Shown: in pieces, positions 8,275-16,451 of the stretch
Position numbering within the stretch: the first letter of the stretch is position 1
How the letters are laid out: every line of letters starts with the position of its first letter
IMG/VR virus record: IMGVR_UViG_3300024272_000009
DNA length: 64,000 nucleotides
Strand: one strand, 5' to 3'
Source of the DNA: a virus
Taxonomy: Duplodnaviria > Heunggongvirae > Uroviricota > Caudoviricetes
Made by a program: the position numbers and the translations under genes
Notes under the pieces: generated by a model
Database searches by the model: none
What the model was told of the DNA's origin: nothing
What the model saw: the letters and a program-made list of their open reading frames with translations, nothing else

Positions 8275-9483
8275 TTAATTAAATCCGCACTTAAGGCAGA
8301 AACGTGTTTCAGCATCGTATGACTCACTGCCACATTCAGGGCAAGCAGTCAAACGCTTTCTGTAATCTGTAGCTTCTTCAAGAGTATCCACTTTAGAAGT
8401 GCTCTCCTCAAGCTCATCTACCGGAATTACCTGGACATCTTCGTTATTGTATCTATATTCTGGCCAAGTCTGTTCCATCTTAAGATAAGCTTCTTCTTCA
8501 GTAGTAGCTTCTACTGTACCAAGGTCATTACCATTAAGATAGCACATCCAAGTACGAGTTTCAGGATAACCACCATCGTAAGTATTTCCAAGGTCATGAA
8601 GTTCCTCTACATCTTCGTCAAGGAAATCCCAATAGTTTCCCTCTCGGAAAGTAAGAGTTTCACCTCTCGACTTAATAGCAGCTTCGCATCTACTGCAGAG
8701 CCATCCAAGGTCTACTTCATAACGACACTCACTTTTATCATAAAGTTCTTCGCACCAAGTGCACTTAACTATTCTGTCTTCGCAATCACCACAGAGCCAG
8801 CCAATATCATCTTTATGGAAACACTCGTCCTTAGGAAAGAGCTCTTCACAACCAGCACACTCAACCATGTCCTCGTTCTCTTGCATGGTCTCTACTAACT
8901 GCTCAATAGTCATTCCCTCAGGAATCGGCTTTCTTTGGCACTCCTCGATCTTAAAGTCATCTCCGAGTTCTGCTCTGTACTCTCTAAGCTTAGCAAGAAT
9001 ATTGCTGTCATCTGCACCAAACTCATCCATAAACTTCTTAAGGTCCGCACCTGTAACTATACCAATTTCGGAACAAAGCTTAAAAAACTCATCTCTGTCG
9101 GCATTATTAGTAAACGAAATTTCGGCACTTTCGTATAAGTCGTCATTAACAGCAAAAAAATCGTCATCTGCGAATTCAGGGTCAGTGTCTGGGTCGTAGT
9201 CACTCACAACGTCATCTTTAGAGAACTTAGTTTCAGGTTCTGCTTCGGGTTCTTCCATCTCATCTTCCCAAGACCAGATAGTTCCGAGATCAGAAGAGTC
9301 AGTACACTCACCAAAGTCATTTCTCTCTACCTCAGTCTGAGTGATAATAGGTTTCTTACTCATGCAACCTCTTGCGAAAGCTTTAGCATCATCAAAGAAA
9401 TCAAAGTGCTCATCTTCACAGTTAGGGCACTTTACAAAATAAATGTATGTTACCATTATGTAATTCTCCTTACAAAAATTCAA
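8275..9483 (-). CDS. acidic Cys-rich zinc-binding protein with tandem CxxCEEL...GWLC repeats
   Basis: 402-aa ORF with an AAGGAG RBS. It has an N-terminal CPNC, two tandem copies of C-x2-C-EEL-x-K-x-EC-x7-GWLC-x2-CE, and a C-terminal CPECG...CLKCG ribbon. Confidence 0.6.
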   Translation of the reverse strand: MNFCKENYIMVTYIYFVKCPNCEDEHFDFFDDAKAFARGCMSKKPIITQTEVERNDFGECTDSSDLGTIWSWEDEMEEPEAEPETKFSKDDVVSDYDPDTDPEFADDDFFAVNDDLYESAEISFTNNADRDEFFKLCSEIGIVTGADLKKFMDEFGADDSNILAKLREYRAELGDDFKIEECQRKPIPEGMTIEQLVETMQENEDMVECAGCEELFPKDECFHKDDIGWLCGDCEDRIVKCTWCEELYDKSECRYEVDLGWLCSRCEAAIKSRGETLTFREGNYWDFLDEDVEELHDLGNTYDGGYPETRTWMCYLNGNDLGTVEATTEEEAYLKMEQTWPEYRYNNEDVQVIPVDELEESTSKVDTLEEATDYRKRLTACPECGSESYDAETRFCLKCGFN

Positions 9484-9489
9484 TCGTAT

Positions 9490-9497
9490 AATTTAGC
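9490..9497 (-). promoter_or_regulatory. GCTAAATT box upstream of gene 8275..9483
   Basis: Coding strand reads TTGACG-N17-TTTGCTAAATTATACG. The RBS and ATG follow. Confidence 0.5.
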
Positions 9498-9509
9498 AAA
9501 CGAAATTGA

Positions 9510-9977
9510 TCAAGTTTCGTCAATAATTCCCGGCGTTCTAAGAATCCGGGTTGATTCCGAAATTAGGAAAGTTTCGTTCACTTCGCCGGCGACTAAGAAG
9601 ACTTTAAGTATCCGACCTTTGTAGCAGAGTCTAATATCTCTAAAGTCGCCGTTATGAAAATACTCTAATTTCGCGCCGGCGAAATCCGGACAATTACGGA
9701 AGTCAGTTATAAGGTCGAGTTCTCGATCCACAAACTTACACATATCTTCTTTGTAGTAGATATTGTTTAATCCTAGATCTACCAGCTTCCCTCTCCACTG
9801 AGCGAAACACTGATGACCGGGAGGATCAGAGAGGAAGTTCACAGTTTCCCCTCTGTACTCTATAGTATCGTAGCGAACTACTAATCCGAGTTCCCTGGCT
9901 TCCTTAGAGATCTCGAAGGATTGCTCTGAGTTCGTCGTCAAGCTTGTAGTTATTGGTGTTATTAAATTCGACTCCAT
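9510..9977 (-). CDS. hypothetical protein
   Basis: 155-aa ORF whose 5' end overlaps the 3' end of the SNF2 gene by 74 nt in another frame. Confidence 0.4.
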   Translation of the reverse strand: MESNLITPITTSLTTNSEQSFEISKEARELGLVVRYDTIEYRGETVNFLSDPPGHQCFAQWRGKLVDLGLNNIYYKEDMCKFVDRELDLITDFRNCPDFAGAKLEYFHNGDFRDIRLCYKGRILKVFLVAGEVNETFLISESTRILRTPGIIDET

Positions 9978-11631
9978 CTACGAGATACTCTCCTAGTTCT
10001 TTCTTAGTCTCTATGATCTGCTGAACCCTCTCGTCTATTGTATCCTTACACATGAGCACAGTAATGAAAGCGGGTCGAGTGTTATTAACTCTCCAGATTC
10101 TATCTGTGCCCTGGTCGAACATTGCTGCTGTATAAGGTGTATCTAGACATATGAGGTAAGAAGAAGAGTTCAAGGTCCAGCCAGTTCCGACTTTACCCCA
10201 AGTTCCTATAAAGACTTGCTCCTTAGGATCATCCTGGAATCTAGCAACGTTGTTAGCGACTACCGGATCCGGGATATCTCCAGTATTTATACTAAAACGA
10301 AATTCCCCGAGTTTCGCTGCAAGCTCATTTAGAGTTTCTTTAAAGACAGAGAGTACCACAACTTTCTCTCCTTGAGAAGTAAGTTCTTGGATCAGCTCTA
10401 GACAGCGATCCACTTTACATGAACTAACCGGCTGAGTAGTCAGGATACTCGGGCAGGCTGAAGCTTGTCTAAGTCTAGTAGTGAGAGCAAGGAGACTCGA
10501 GGTCTTAAGTTCGATCTTATCGGCTTCTTCCTTGACTCCTTCTTTGATTGCTTCATAGAACTTACGCTGATCATCTTCCGGCTCTAGAAGTTCCAGGGTT
10601 ACTGTCTTCGGCGGCATGTCTGATCTAACTTGGTCTAGAGTTCTTCTAAGTGAACACGACTTAATAACTTCCTGTAGAACCTCAAGATTCTTGAATCCTA
10701 TAACTTGGTTGTTTTTGAAACCTCCGAAATTACAGTACTGAGATTTATAGTTAGTCAGAATAGAGTTATCATTCCCGGTCCACGAGAGAGGGACATAGGC
10801 CGAGAGGGGATTATTAGTTATCAGGGTTCCGGTAGCGGCGATCTTAAAGGGAGCTTCAAGCTTAAGTAGGTTAGTTCCCTGCTGAGAAGTTTTAGTCGCT
10901 GCCTTATGAGCTTCATCGAAAGCAATCATCCCAAACTTATTAGCTGACTTATTGAAAGCTTCGATGATCCGGTCGTCTCTGAGTGACTCTAAGTTAGTGA
11001 TCACGAAGAACTCCTCTATTGGATCCTTGAGTTGCTGAGCTCTCTTGTCCATGGACCTATAGCGAGTAGTTCCGGTTCTAGTAGTGTACTCTCCTAGTAC
11101 AACAGCCGACTCGGTCGAGAACTTCTGAATCTCTTTCTTCCAGTTCTGCTTTAGGGAGTTGACTCCGCAGATAATGAAACAGTGATCGATTATCCCTCTC
11201 CTCTTAAGAGTCTCTGCTAGCCAGATGATAGAGTTAGTCTTTCCTAGACCCATAGAGTCAAGGAGTAGCCACTTCTCTTTGTCTAACCCAAAGTTAATAG
11301 CCTCGAGCTGATGTTCGAATGGTTTCATCTTGAACGAAACTTTCTCAATTTCGGTCAAGGGCTCCAGGTCAAAGTTTTTATTAAAATGAAATTCACCGTT
11401 TTCCGGTGTATCAAGTAATCGTAGTTGTATCTCATCCAAGAAAGTCAGGCTATCAAGTAATCTACCTAGATAACAAACAGGCAGCTCCCAAACCTTTTCT
11501 TTCTTGTGGTAGTGGGCAGTAGGAATAGTCTTAATAGAATCTACTATGTATTCATTATAGTCGAATTGGACTATAAGAGAACTAAGGCCTGATATTTTCT
11601 GTGGAGGAGAAATCTCGTAAATCTTAATCAT
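9904..11631 (-). CDS. SNF2/DEAD-like superfamily-2 helicase
   Basis: 575-aa protein with motif I LDSMGLGKT and motif II FDEAHK (DEAH box) at typical spacing. The C-terminal helicase domain is present. An AGGAG RBS precedes it. Confidence 0.85.
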   Translation of the reverse strand: MIKIYEISPPQKISGLSSLIVQFDYNEYIVDSIKTIPTAHYHKKEKVWELPVCYLGRLLDSLTFLDEIQLRLLDTPENGEFHFNKNFDLEPLTEIEKVSFKMKPFEHQLEAINFGLDKEKWLLLDSMGLGKTNSIIWLAETLKRRGIIDHCFIICGVNSLKQNWKKEIQKFSTESAVVLGEYTTRTGTTRYRSMDKRAQQLKDPIEEFFVITNLESLRDDRIIEAFNKSANKFGMIAFDEAHKAATKTSQQGTNLLKLEAPFKIAATGTLITNNPLSAYVPLSWTGNDNSILTNYKSQYCNFGGFKNNQVIGFKNLEVLQEVIKSCSLRRTLDQVRSDMPPKTVTLELLEPEDDQRKFYEAIKEGVKEEADKIELKTSSLLALTTRLRQASACPSILTTQPVSSCKVDRCLELIQELTSQGEKVVVLSVFKETLNELAAKLGEFRFSINTGDIPDPVVANNVARFQDDPKEQVFIGTWGKVGTGWTLNSSSYLICLDTPYTAAMFDQGTDRIWRVNNTRPAFITVLMCKDTIDERVQQIIETKKELGEYLVDGVEFNNTNNYKLDDELRAILRDL

Positions 11632-11645
11632 AACGAAATCTCCTA

Positions 11646-11747
11646 AGTTACGTATTTGAAATAAATGAGATTACCGAAATTACAGAAGTTACAGAATGAG
11701 ATTTTTGTAATTTCGGAAGTTACGCACGCCTTTACGCGCACGCGTAA
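11646..11747. repeat. iteron-like region: three AAGTTAC(G/A) direct repeats, an 11-bp inverted repeat and the CG palindrome TTACGCG-ca-CGCGTAA
   Basis: AAGTTACG is at 11646-11653 and 11717-11724, and AAGTTACA at 11687-11694. ccgaaattaca (11674-11684) pairs with tgtaatttcgg (11706-11716). The palindrome is at 11732-11747. Confidence 0.6.
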
Positions 11748-11753
11748 GGAAAA

Positions 11754-11808
11754 GGCTAAATTTGTGCTAAAAAACGCAAAAATGTGCAAATTAGCACTAA
11801 ATTTAGCC
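11754..11808. promoter_or_regulatory. 17/18-bp inverted repeat built from two GCTAAATTT half-sites (operator/terminator-like hairpin)
   Basis: ggctaaatttgtgctaa (11754-11770) and ttagcactaaatttagcc (11791-11808) are reverse complements with one bulge. The loop is 20 nt. Confidence 0.6.
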
Positions 11809-11822
11809 TGAAATATGTATAA

Positions 11823-12128
11823 TTAGTCTAAGAGTGAGACATATTGGGTAGAAAAGTCCTTCTCTGGTGCTTCTGCCATAGTCTTATATGTAATAGTTGC
11901 TTCAACTACAAAGGGTTTATCACAGTAATCACAAATATAATGCTCAATCATGTCGGGTTCTTTTCCCTCTCGGTAGTCTTCATAAATGATCTTACCAAGA
12001 GAATCCTTTACTAAATCTTCCGGCTGGCCGATCAAGGCACCAGGTATATAAATTTCTCCCGGAAGGTATTGAGCACCACAATGTGGGCACTTAAAACTAG
12101 CTGATTTACGGGTGGTATTAGAACACAT
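11823..12128 (-). CDS. zinc-ribbon protein (CxxC...CxxC)
   Basis: 101-aa ORF with an AAGGAG RBS. The Cys pairs are CPHCG and CDYCD. The 11-mer CGCGCACGCGT flanks it on both sides. Confidence 0.6.
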   Translation of the reverse strand: MCSNTTRKSASFKCPHCGAQYLPGEIYIPGALIGQPEDLVKDSLGKIIYEDYREGKEPDMIEHYICDYCDKPFVVEATITYKTMAEAPEKDFSTQYVSLLD

Positions 12129-12701
12129 AATCTATCAAACTCCTTAAAATTCGAAAAATAAATTTTTTATGAAAAATAATTAGCACGCGCGCACGCGTCT
12201 AACGCTATATATATAATACTCCAGCGTTATATTATATATCTATAATAGATATATTTATTTTTTTTATATATTTTTTATTTTTATTTTAGATCTTGAGAAA
12301 AATATATAGCTATTGCGGCAAGCCGCTAGGCCGTTGGCCTATAGAGCTAAACAATATTTATTATTATAGATCTATATATAATAATATACAGTATAATATC
12401 TAGTAATTTATCAATTTATTAAAAAATTTTCAGAAAAATATGTTATTTATTGAGGCGAGCTATTAATTTATTAATTTAATAGTTTAATAAATATTTGCAA
12501 ACTTTTTGTAAATTATTTTCCGGGCACAGGTAGGTAAGGCTAGAACATCGACGACAGGGCTCCTTATTCTCTCTGTATCGAGTTTTATGGTAGGGGGCCT
12601 GGTGTTTATATGTCTGCAGTCTTAAACGCGAAATAGGTAGCTTAAAACGCGCCAAAACAAATTGTAAAAATAAAGGCCCCTGTGAAGAGGCCTTAAATTT
12701 A
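12129..12701. other. 570-bp non-coding AT-rich region with GC-rich mini-palindromes (candidate replication origin or packaging region)
   Basis: It contains no credible ORF. Runs of TA/TATATA are interrupted by gcggcaagccgc and ggccgttggcc palindromes, aacgct...agcgtt, and two AGATCT sites. It is the only large gap in an otherwise dense genome. Confidence 0.45.
12661..12694 (-). terminator. Rho-independent terminator after gene 12702..13817
   Basis: aaggcc (12673-12678) pairs with ggcctt (12689-12694) around a 10-nt loop. On the minus strand it is followed by tatttttaca. Confidence 0.6.
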
Positions 12702-13817
12702 TTAAATTGATTCTTTCCAGCCTGTAGGAGTTTTTGTGTACACACCACAGGACTCCTTCCAGCCATTAGGGGTCTTAACCCAGACTTGACCTTCTACCCA
12801 ACCCTTAGAAGTTTTGATTCTTACTAAACCGAGTTGTTTATTAAGTGCCTCAGAAGAAATTCCGGGACCGGCGAGTAAAGAGCTATTTAGTATCTCATCC
12901 TCTGTCGGCTCGTAGTCTACAGAAAGTCCATAAACCGTAAAAGGATATACAGCAACCTTTATTTGATAATCTCTCTCTATACCCAGGTCTAATGGATTAA
13001 AATAAATTTCAGTAGTATCGGCGCCTAAGATAGGGACTTCAATATCTTTACCGGCTATTTCATAACTTTCGATCGGCGGCTCATCCTCGAGTGCCTCTAT
13101 AGAAGCCGTAACAGCAGGATCAGACTTCTCAAGCCAGTAGCCTGAATCTTTCTTTACTGCGGTCAGTCCTTTTACCACACTAAAAGATCCTGACTCTCCT
13201 GCTCTATATCTAAGCTCTACACAGTAGCCATATACAGGAGAATAGTCTGCAGCCGGCTCTGCCTTAGTCCAAGAGCACTTAGTTCTATAGGAAGTCTCCT
13301 TCTTTACTTCTACCACGCCGCTCATGGTTGGGGCGAACTCAAGATAATAAGGAAGCTTCGCTGCTGCAGTATTTATTGAACAGGTTTTTTCATAAACAGC
13401 GCCAGTATCGCTGAAGGCTTTTACCTTAGCAGTAAAGCAGCCGTTAGCTTTACATAAAGTTTTTAAGTCCAGATTTTCAAAAGGTATGCGACATTCAAAT
13501 ATAGTTGCATTTCTATAATAATTATTATATACTTCTAACTTACTTTTTGTCTTGTAAGCAGTGACAGTGGCAGCCTTAAAGGTAGTTAGAATGGGAAGGT
13601 AGACACCTTCGAGATAATAAAATTCTAACTTGTCCCTACCGCTAGCAAAACCAAGACTTTCTCCATCGGATACTTTTGTGTGCGCGGCAGTATAAACAGC
13701 ACCATGAAAAAGTTTACACTTAATAGTAAAAAATCTTTTATAATCCCAATGGCACTCAAGCTGTCGCCACTCATCTTCAAATTCTACTGAACATTCTAGC
13801 TTTAAAGGTTCAGCCAT
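12702..13817 (-). CDS. hypothetical protein with C-terminal tandem peptide repeats (possible virion/adsorption protein)
   Basis: 371-aa ORF. The C-terminus reads GWVEGQVWVKTPNGWKESCGVYTKTPTGWKESI, with repeated TPxGWKES units. Confidence 0.55.
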   Translation of the reverse strand: MAEPLKLECSVEFEDEWRQLECHWDYKRFFTIKCKLFHGAVYTAAHTKVSDGESLGFASGRDKLEFYYLEGVYLPILTTFKAATVTAYKTKSKLEVYNNYYRNATIFECRIPFENLDLKTLCKANGCFTAKVKAFSDTGAVYEKTCSINTAAAKLPYYLEFAPTMSGVVEVKKETSYRTKCSWTKAEPAADYSPVYGYCVELRYRAGESGSFSVVKGLTAVKKDSGYWLEKSDPAVTASIEALEDEPPIESYEIAGKDIEVPILGADTTEIYFNPLDLGIERDYQIKVAVYPFTVYGLSVDYEPTEDEILNSSLLAGPGISSEALNKQLGLVRIKTSKGWVEGQVWVKTPNGWKESCGVYTKTPTGWKESI

Positions 13818-13820
13818 AAG

Positions 13821-14414
13821 TTATTCCTCTCTTTCTGCCGCGGACTCTATATGAGAAAGAACATCTTGGATTATTTCTTTAGTAGCATCAGAAAGATTCT
13901 TCTCCGGGTCGTCCATAGCTTTATTATAATAAAAATCAGAAAGTTCTTTTAGGTCTCCCTTATCTATAGAGAAGGAACCCCAGTCGCAGAGCATCTCAAG
14001 AATATAGATATAAGGCATGTCTTCTCCCAGCCAGAATTCAGGGTGATGCTCATTGTTCATCCAGTGATGCTTCCATGCTTCCTCATACTCGAAGGTCTTC
14101 TCTCCGTTGCCATACCACTTCTGAGCGTAAGGCTCGAACTCTTCTTCCGAGAATTTAGACTCATCGTGTTCATTAATAACTTCATGGAAAGCATCGAGGT
14201 CGACGCCCTCGAAAACTTCAGGACAATTTTCTTCTAGCCAGGAAGCAAACTTCTTTACTCTTTCTTTATGTGCTTCTATATACTCTTGATATTCTTTCTG
14301 ATAATCCGCTCCGCCCTCTGCTATAGCGCTAAGAGCATGAAGAGCATTAATAAAATTCATATTCATCTTTTCTTGCTGCCTTTCTATATAGATTAAAAGC
14401 TTCCAAGGAAGCAA
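13821..14414 (-). CDS. hypothetical protein
   Basis: 197-aa acidic ORF with His/Trp-rich motifs (HHWMNNEHHPEFW). Confidence 0.55.
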   Translation of the reverse strand: MLPWKLLIYIERQQEKMNMNFINALHALSAIAEGGADYQKEYQEYIEAHKERVKKFASWLEENCPEVFEGVDLDAFHEVINEHDESKFSEEEFEPYAQKWYGNGEKTFEYEEAWKHHWMNNEHHPEFWLGEDMPYIYILEMLCDWGSFSIDKGDLKELSDFYYNKAMDDPEKNLSDATKEIIQDVLSHIESAAEREE

Positions 14415-14497
14415 GCCTCAGAAGCAAGTAGTTAGCTATTTAAATAGGTTATATTAGATTTGAGTCTAACTATGCCAATCCTTTTTCCCATTCAATT

Positions 14498-14505
14498 AAT
14501 TTAGC
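14498..14505 (-). promoter_or_regulatory. GCTAAATT box
   Basis: Minus strand reads ACGCTAAATTAATTG, in the intergenic region upstream of gene 13821..14414. Confidence 0.4.
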
Positions 14506-14704
14506 GTAATATTTTTAACTTATTTATTATTTTAATAACTTGATGGTTTAATAAGGGGGCTTAAGGAAGAAAGAAGTTTTATTTATATATATGAAAAGGT
14601 ATAACTCATTTTATATATAGTAGGATTATTATATGTATTCTATATATGAGATTAAGAAGGAAATATAACTCATATTATTTTTTTTTCATGTCGGCCGAAA
14701 AAGA

Positions 14705-14740
14705 AAAAGAACGAATACTTTTTATACTCGTTCTTTTTAT
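14705..14740 (-). terminator. imperfect hairpin terminator after gene 14748..15902
   Basis: agaacgaata pairs with tactcgttct with one mismatch. T/A runs flank it on both sides. Confidence 0.5.
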
Positions 14741-14747
14741 TATTTAA

Positions 14748-15902
14748 TTAGTTCCACATATCTTCGTATATCTTAAAGTCGTCGGCAAAGGAAGTAGACT
14801 CACATAAGTCGGTATCTCCTATAATACCTTCGATAATTAAAAGCTTTAGAACATCTTCAAAAGTATCACAGTTATTATCATAGCCGTCGACTTGAACTAA
14901 GTAGCAAGGAACATAAGGTTTAAAAATTATTTTTACTCCGACTCCGTTATTAAGAGTAATAGCAAGTATTCTATCATCTAATATATTAATAGTATACTTA
15001 CAAAATCCGTCTGAGTCAATTTGGGCTAAAAGCTTTTTATATCTTTCTGTTTGGTCTGGATAATTTTTAGTAGAAGTCTTATTAGTTGTCTGTGCAGCAG
15101 AATTGTTTAAATTTATCTTTTTTCCATTCTTATCTACAAACTCATTAAGTGCCGACTCACAGAGATTAGTATCTTTAATAATTTTTCCTATTACTAATAA
15201 TTCCAGAATATCTTTTTTGTAGTCACAGCCTTTAAGCTCACGTCCAAGCATTCTCAGAGTATATGTGTCAGTAGCAGGGTCATAGATTATTTTAATATCT
15301 AAAGTTTTATTATTAGGACGGTTTACTGTAATATTAAGTTCGGTAGCATTTAAATCATTTAATGTATAAGTGCTAATGCCATCAGCATCTATTTGTGCCA
15401 CTAGACTTTTATATCTGTCTGTCTGATCAACATTGTTTTTGATAGAAGTACTTGTGGTGGGTGTCGAAGAAGAGATACTTACTTTATTTCCTTTACTGTC
15501 TAGCCACTCACATAGTTTATCATATTCCTTTGTACCAGATACAGGAACATTATAATAACCCTCGAGAGCTTCTAATAAAGTCTCCCATGATTCTCCTGCA
15601 TAGTTATCTACACATTTACCGTTTTTATAGATACTCATGTGCCAACGATCATCGGTAAAAATTACTACGGCAATTAGTTCTTCTTGACCAGTTGGTATCT
15701 TACGTAATTCTCTGTAAGTAAAGCCAGTATCATTAAGACCTAGCACTTTAGAATCAAGCACTTGAGAACCTCTGTTTCTCATTATATAATAAAGTAAACT
15801 AATAAACTTATCTTTATTTGTTTTAGTCATAGTAGCGGCCGTTGCAGACGAAGCCTGTCCAATTTTATTTCCGTTACCATCTTTCCATTCGTTTAATTTC
15901 AT
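14748..15902 (-). CDS. hypothetical protein with internal ~115-aa tandem domain duplication
   Basis: 384-aa ORF. Residues around NVDQTDRYKSLVAQIDADG...DTNLCESA repeat as NYPDQTERYKKLLAQIDSDG...DTDLCEST. An xEWxDxxGNK linker recurs three times. Confidence 0.6.
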   Translation of the reverse strand: MKLNEWKDGNGNKIGQASSATAATMTKTNKDKFISLLYYIMRNRGSQVLDSKVLGLNDTGFTYRELRKIPTGQEELIAVVIFTDDRWHMSIYKNGKCVDNYAGESWETLLEALEGYYNVPVSGTKEYDKLCEWLDSKGNKVSISSSTPTTSTSIKNNVDQTDRYKSLVAQIDADGISTYTLNDLNATELNITVNRPNNKTLDIKIIYDPATDTYTLRMLGRELKGCDYKKDILELLVIGKIIKDTNLCESALNEFVDKNGKKINLNNSAAQTTNKTSTKNYPDQTERYKKLLAQIDSDGFCKYTINILDDRILAITLNNGVGVKIIFKPYVPCYLVQVDGYDNNCDTFEDVLKLLIIEGIIGDTDLCESTSFADDFKIYEDMWN

Positions 15903-15938
15903 AGGGTTTGTCCCTTTCTGTGATATTTTCTTACGTAT

Positions 15939-15946
15939 AATTTAGC
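15939..15946 (-). promoter_or_regulatory. GCTAAATT box upstream of gene 14748..15902
   Basis: Minus strand reads TTTGCTAAATTATACGTAAG, about 40 nt before the ATG. Confidence 0.5.
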
Positions 15947-15952
15947 AAAAGA

Positions 15953-15992
15953 AAAGAACAATACAAAGATCTGAATCTTTATATTGTTCTTT
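15953..15992 (-). terminator. hairpin terminator after the lipoprotein gene
   Basis: agaacaata (15955-15963) pairs with tattgttct (15982-15990). The stem sequence is shared with the terminator at 18301-18340. Confidence 0.6.
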
Positions 15993-16003
15993 ATAATATT
16001 CTT

Positions 16004-16393
16004 TTACTTATTTACATCGAAATCAGGAAGGGCTGTATAGAAGTGTACCTTATAGTGGAAGGGATCAGTAGAAGTGCCCGTAATATCTTCGACTACATAG
16101 ATAACATATTCATTAAGATAGATGTAATTCTTTTTGTACTCATCAGCGCCGGTCTTACAAGTAACAACAAGCTCACTCGTAGATGTATTAGAAAGACTCA
16201 TATAACCTTCCATTTCCATAACAATGAGGTCTGTTCTAGCATTATAAACCGTGATCTTTCTGAGACATTGGAAATTGTCGGCTGCCTGGGAAAGATTGTG
16301 GTTTACATTGTCTGCTGCAGTGCAGGAAGCAAAGCCGACGCAGCAAGTTCCCAGAACAATAATACAAAGAAGTAGTGCAAAAAGTTTTTTCAT
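16004..16393 (-). CDS. putative lipoprotein
   Basis: 129-aa ORF. The N-terminus MKKLFALLLCIIVLGTCCVGFASC carries a signal peptide and a lipobox-like FASC. Confidence 0.6.
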   Translation of the reverse strand: MKKLFALLLCIIVLGTCCVGFASCTAADNVNHNLSQAADNFQCLRKITVYNARTDLIVMEMEGYMSLSNTSTSELVVTCKTGADEYKKNYIYLNEYVIYVVEDITGTSTDPFHYKVHFYTALPDFDVNK

Positions 16394-16451
16394 TTTTTAA
16401 ATATCCTTTCAAATTTAATTTATTATATTATACAATATTAACTATTTAAAA

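Noticed and set aside
12525-12610. GC-richer patch (ggtaggtaaggctagaacatcgacgacagggctcc...gggggcctggtg) examined as a possible tRNA
   Set aside because: I could build neither an acceptor stem with a matching 3' end nor a GTTC-like T-arm on either strand. It is more likely part of the regulatory or origin region.
12476-12766. 96-aa minus-strand ORF in the AT-rich non-coding region
   Set aside because: It overlaps the 3' end and terminator of gene 12702..13817 and runs through TA-repeat DNA. It has no RBS. The product is basic low-complexity.
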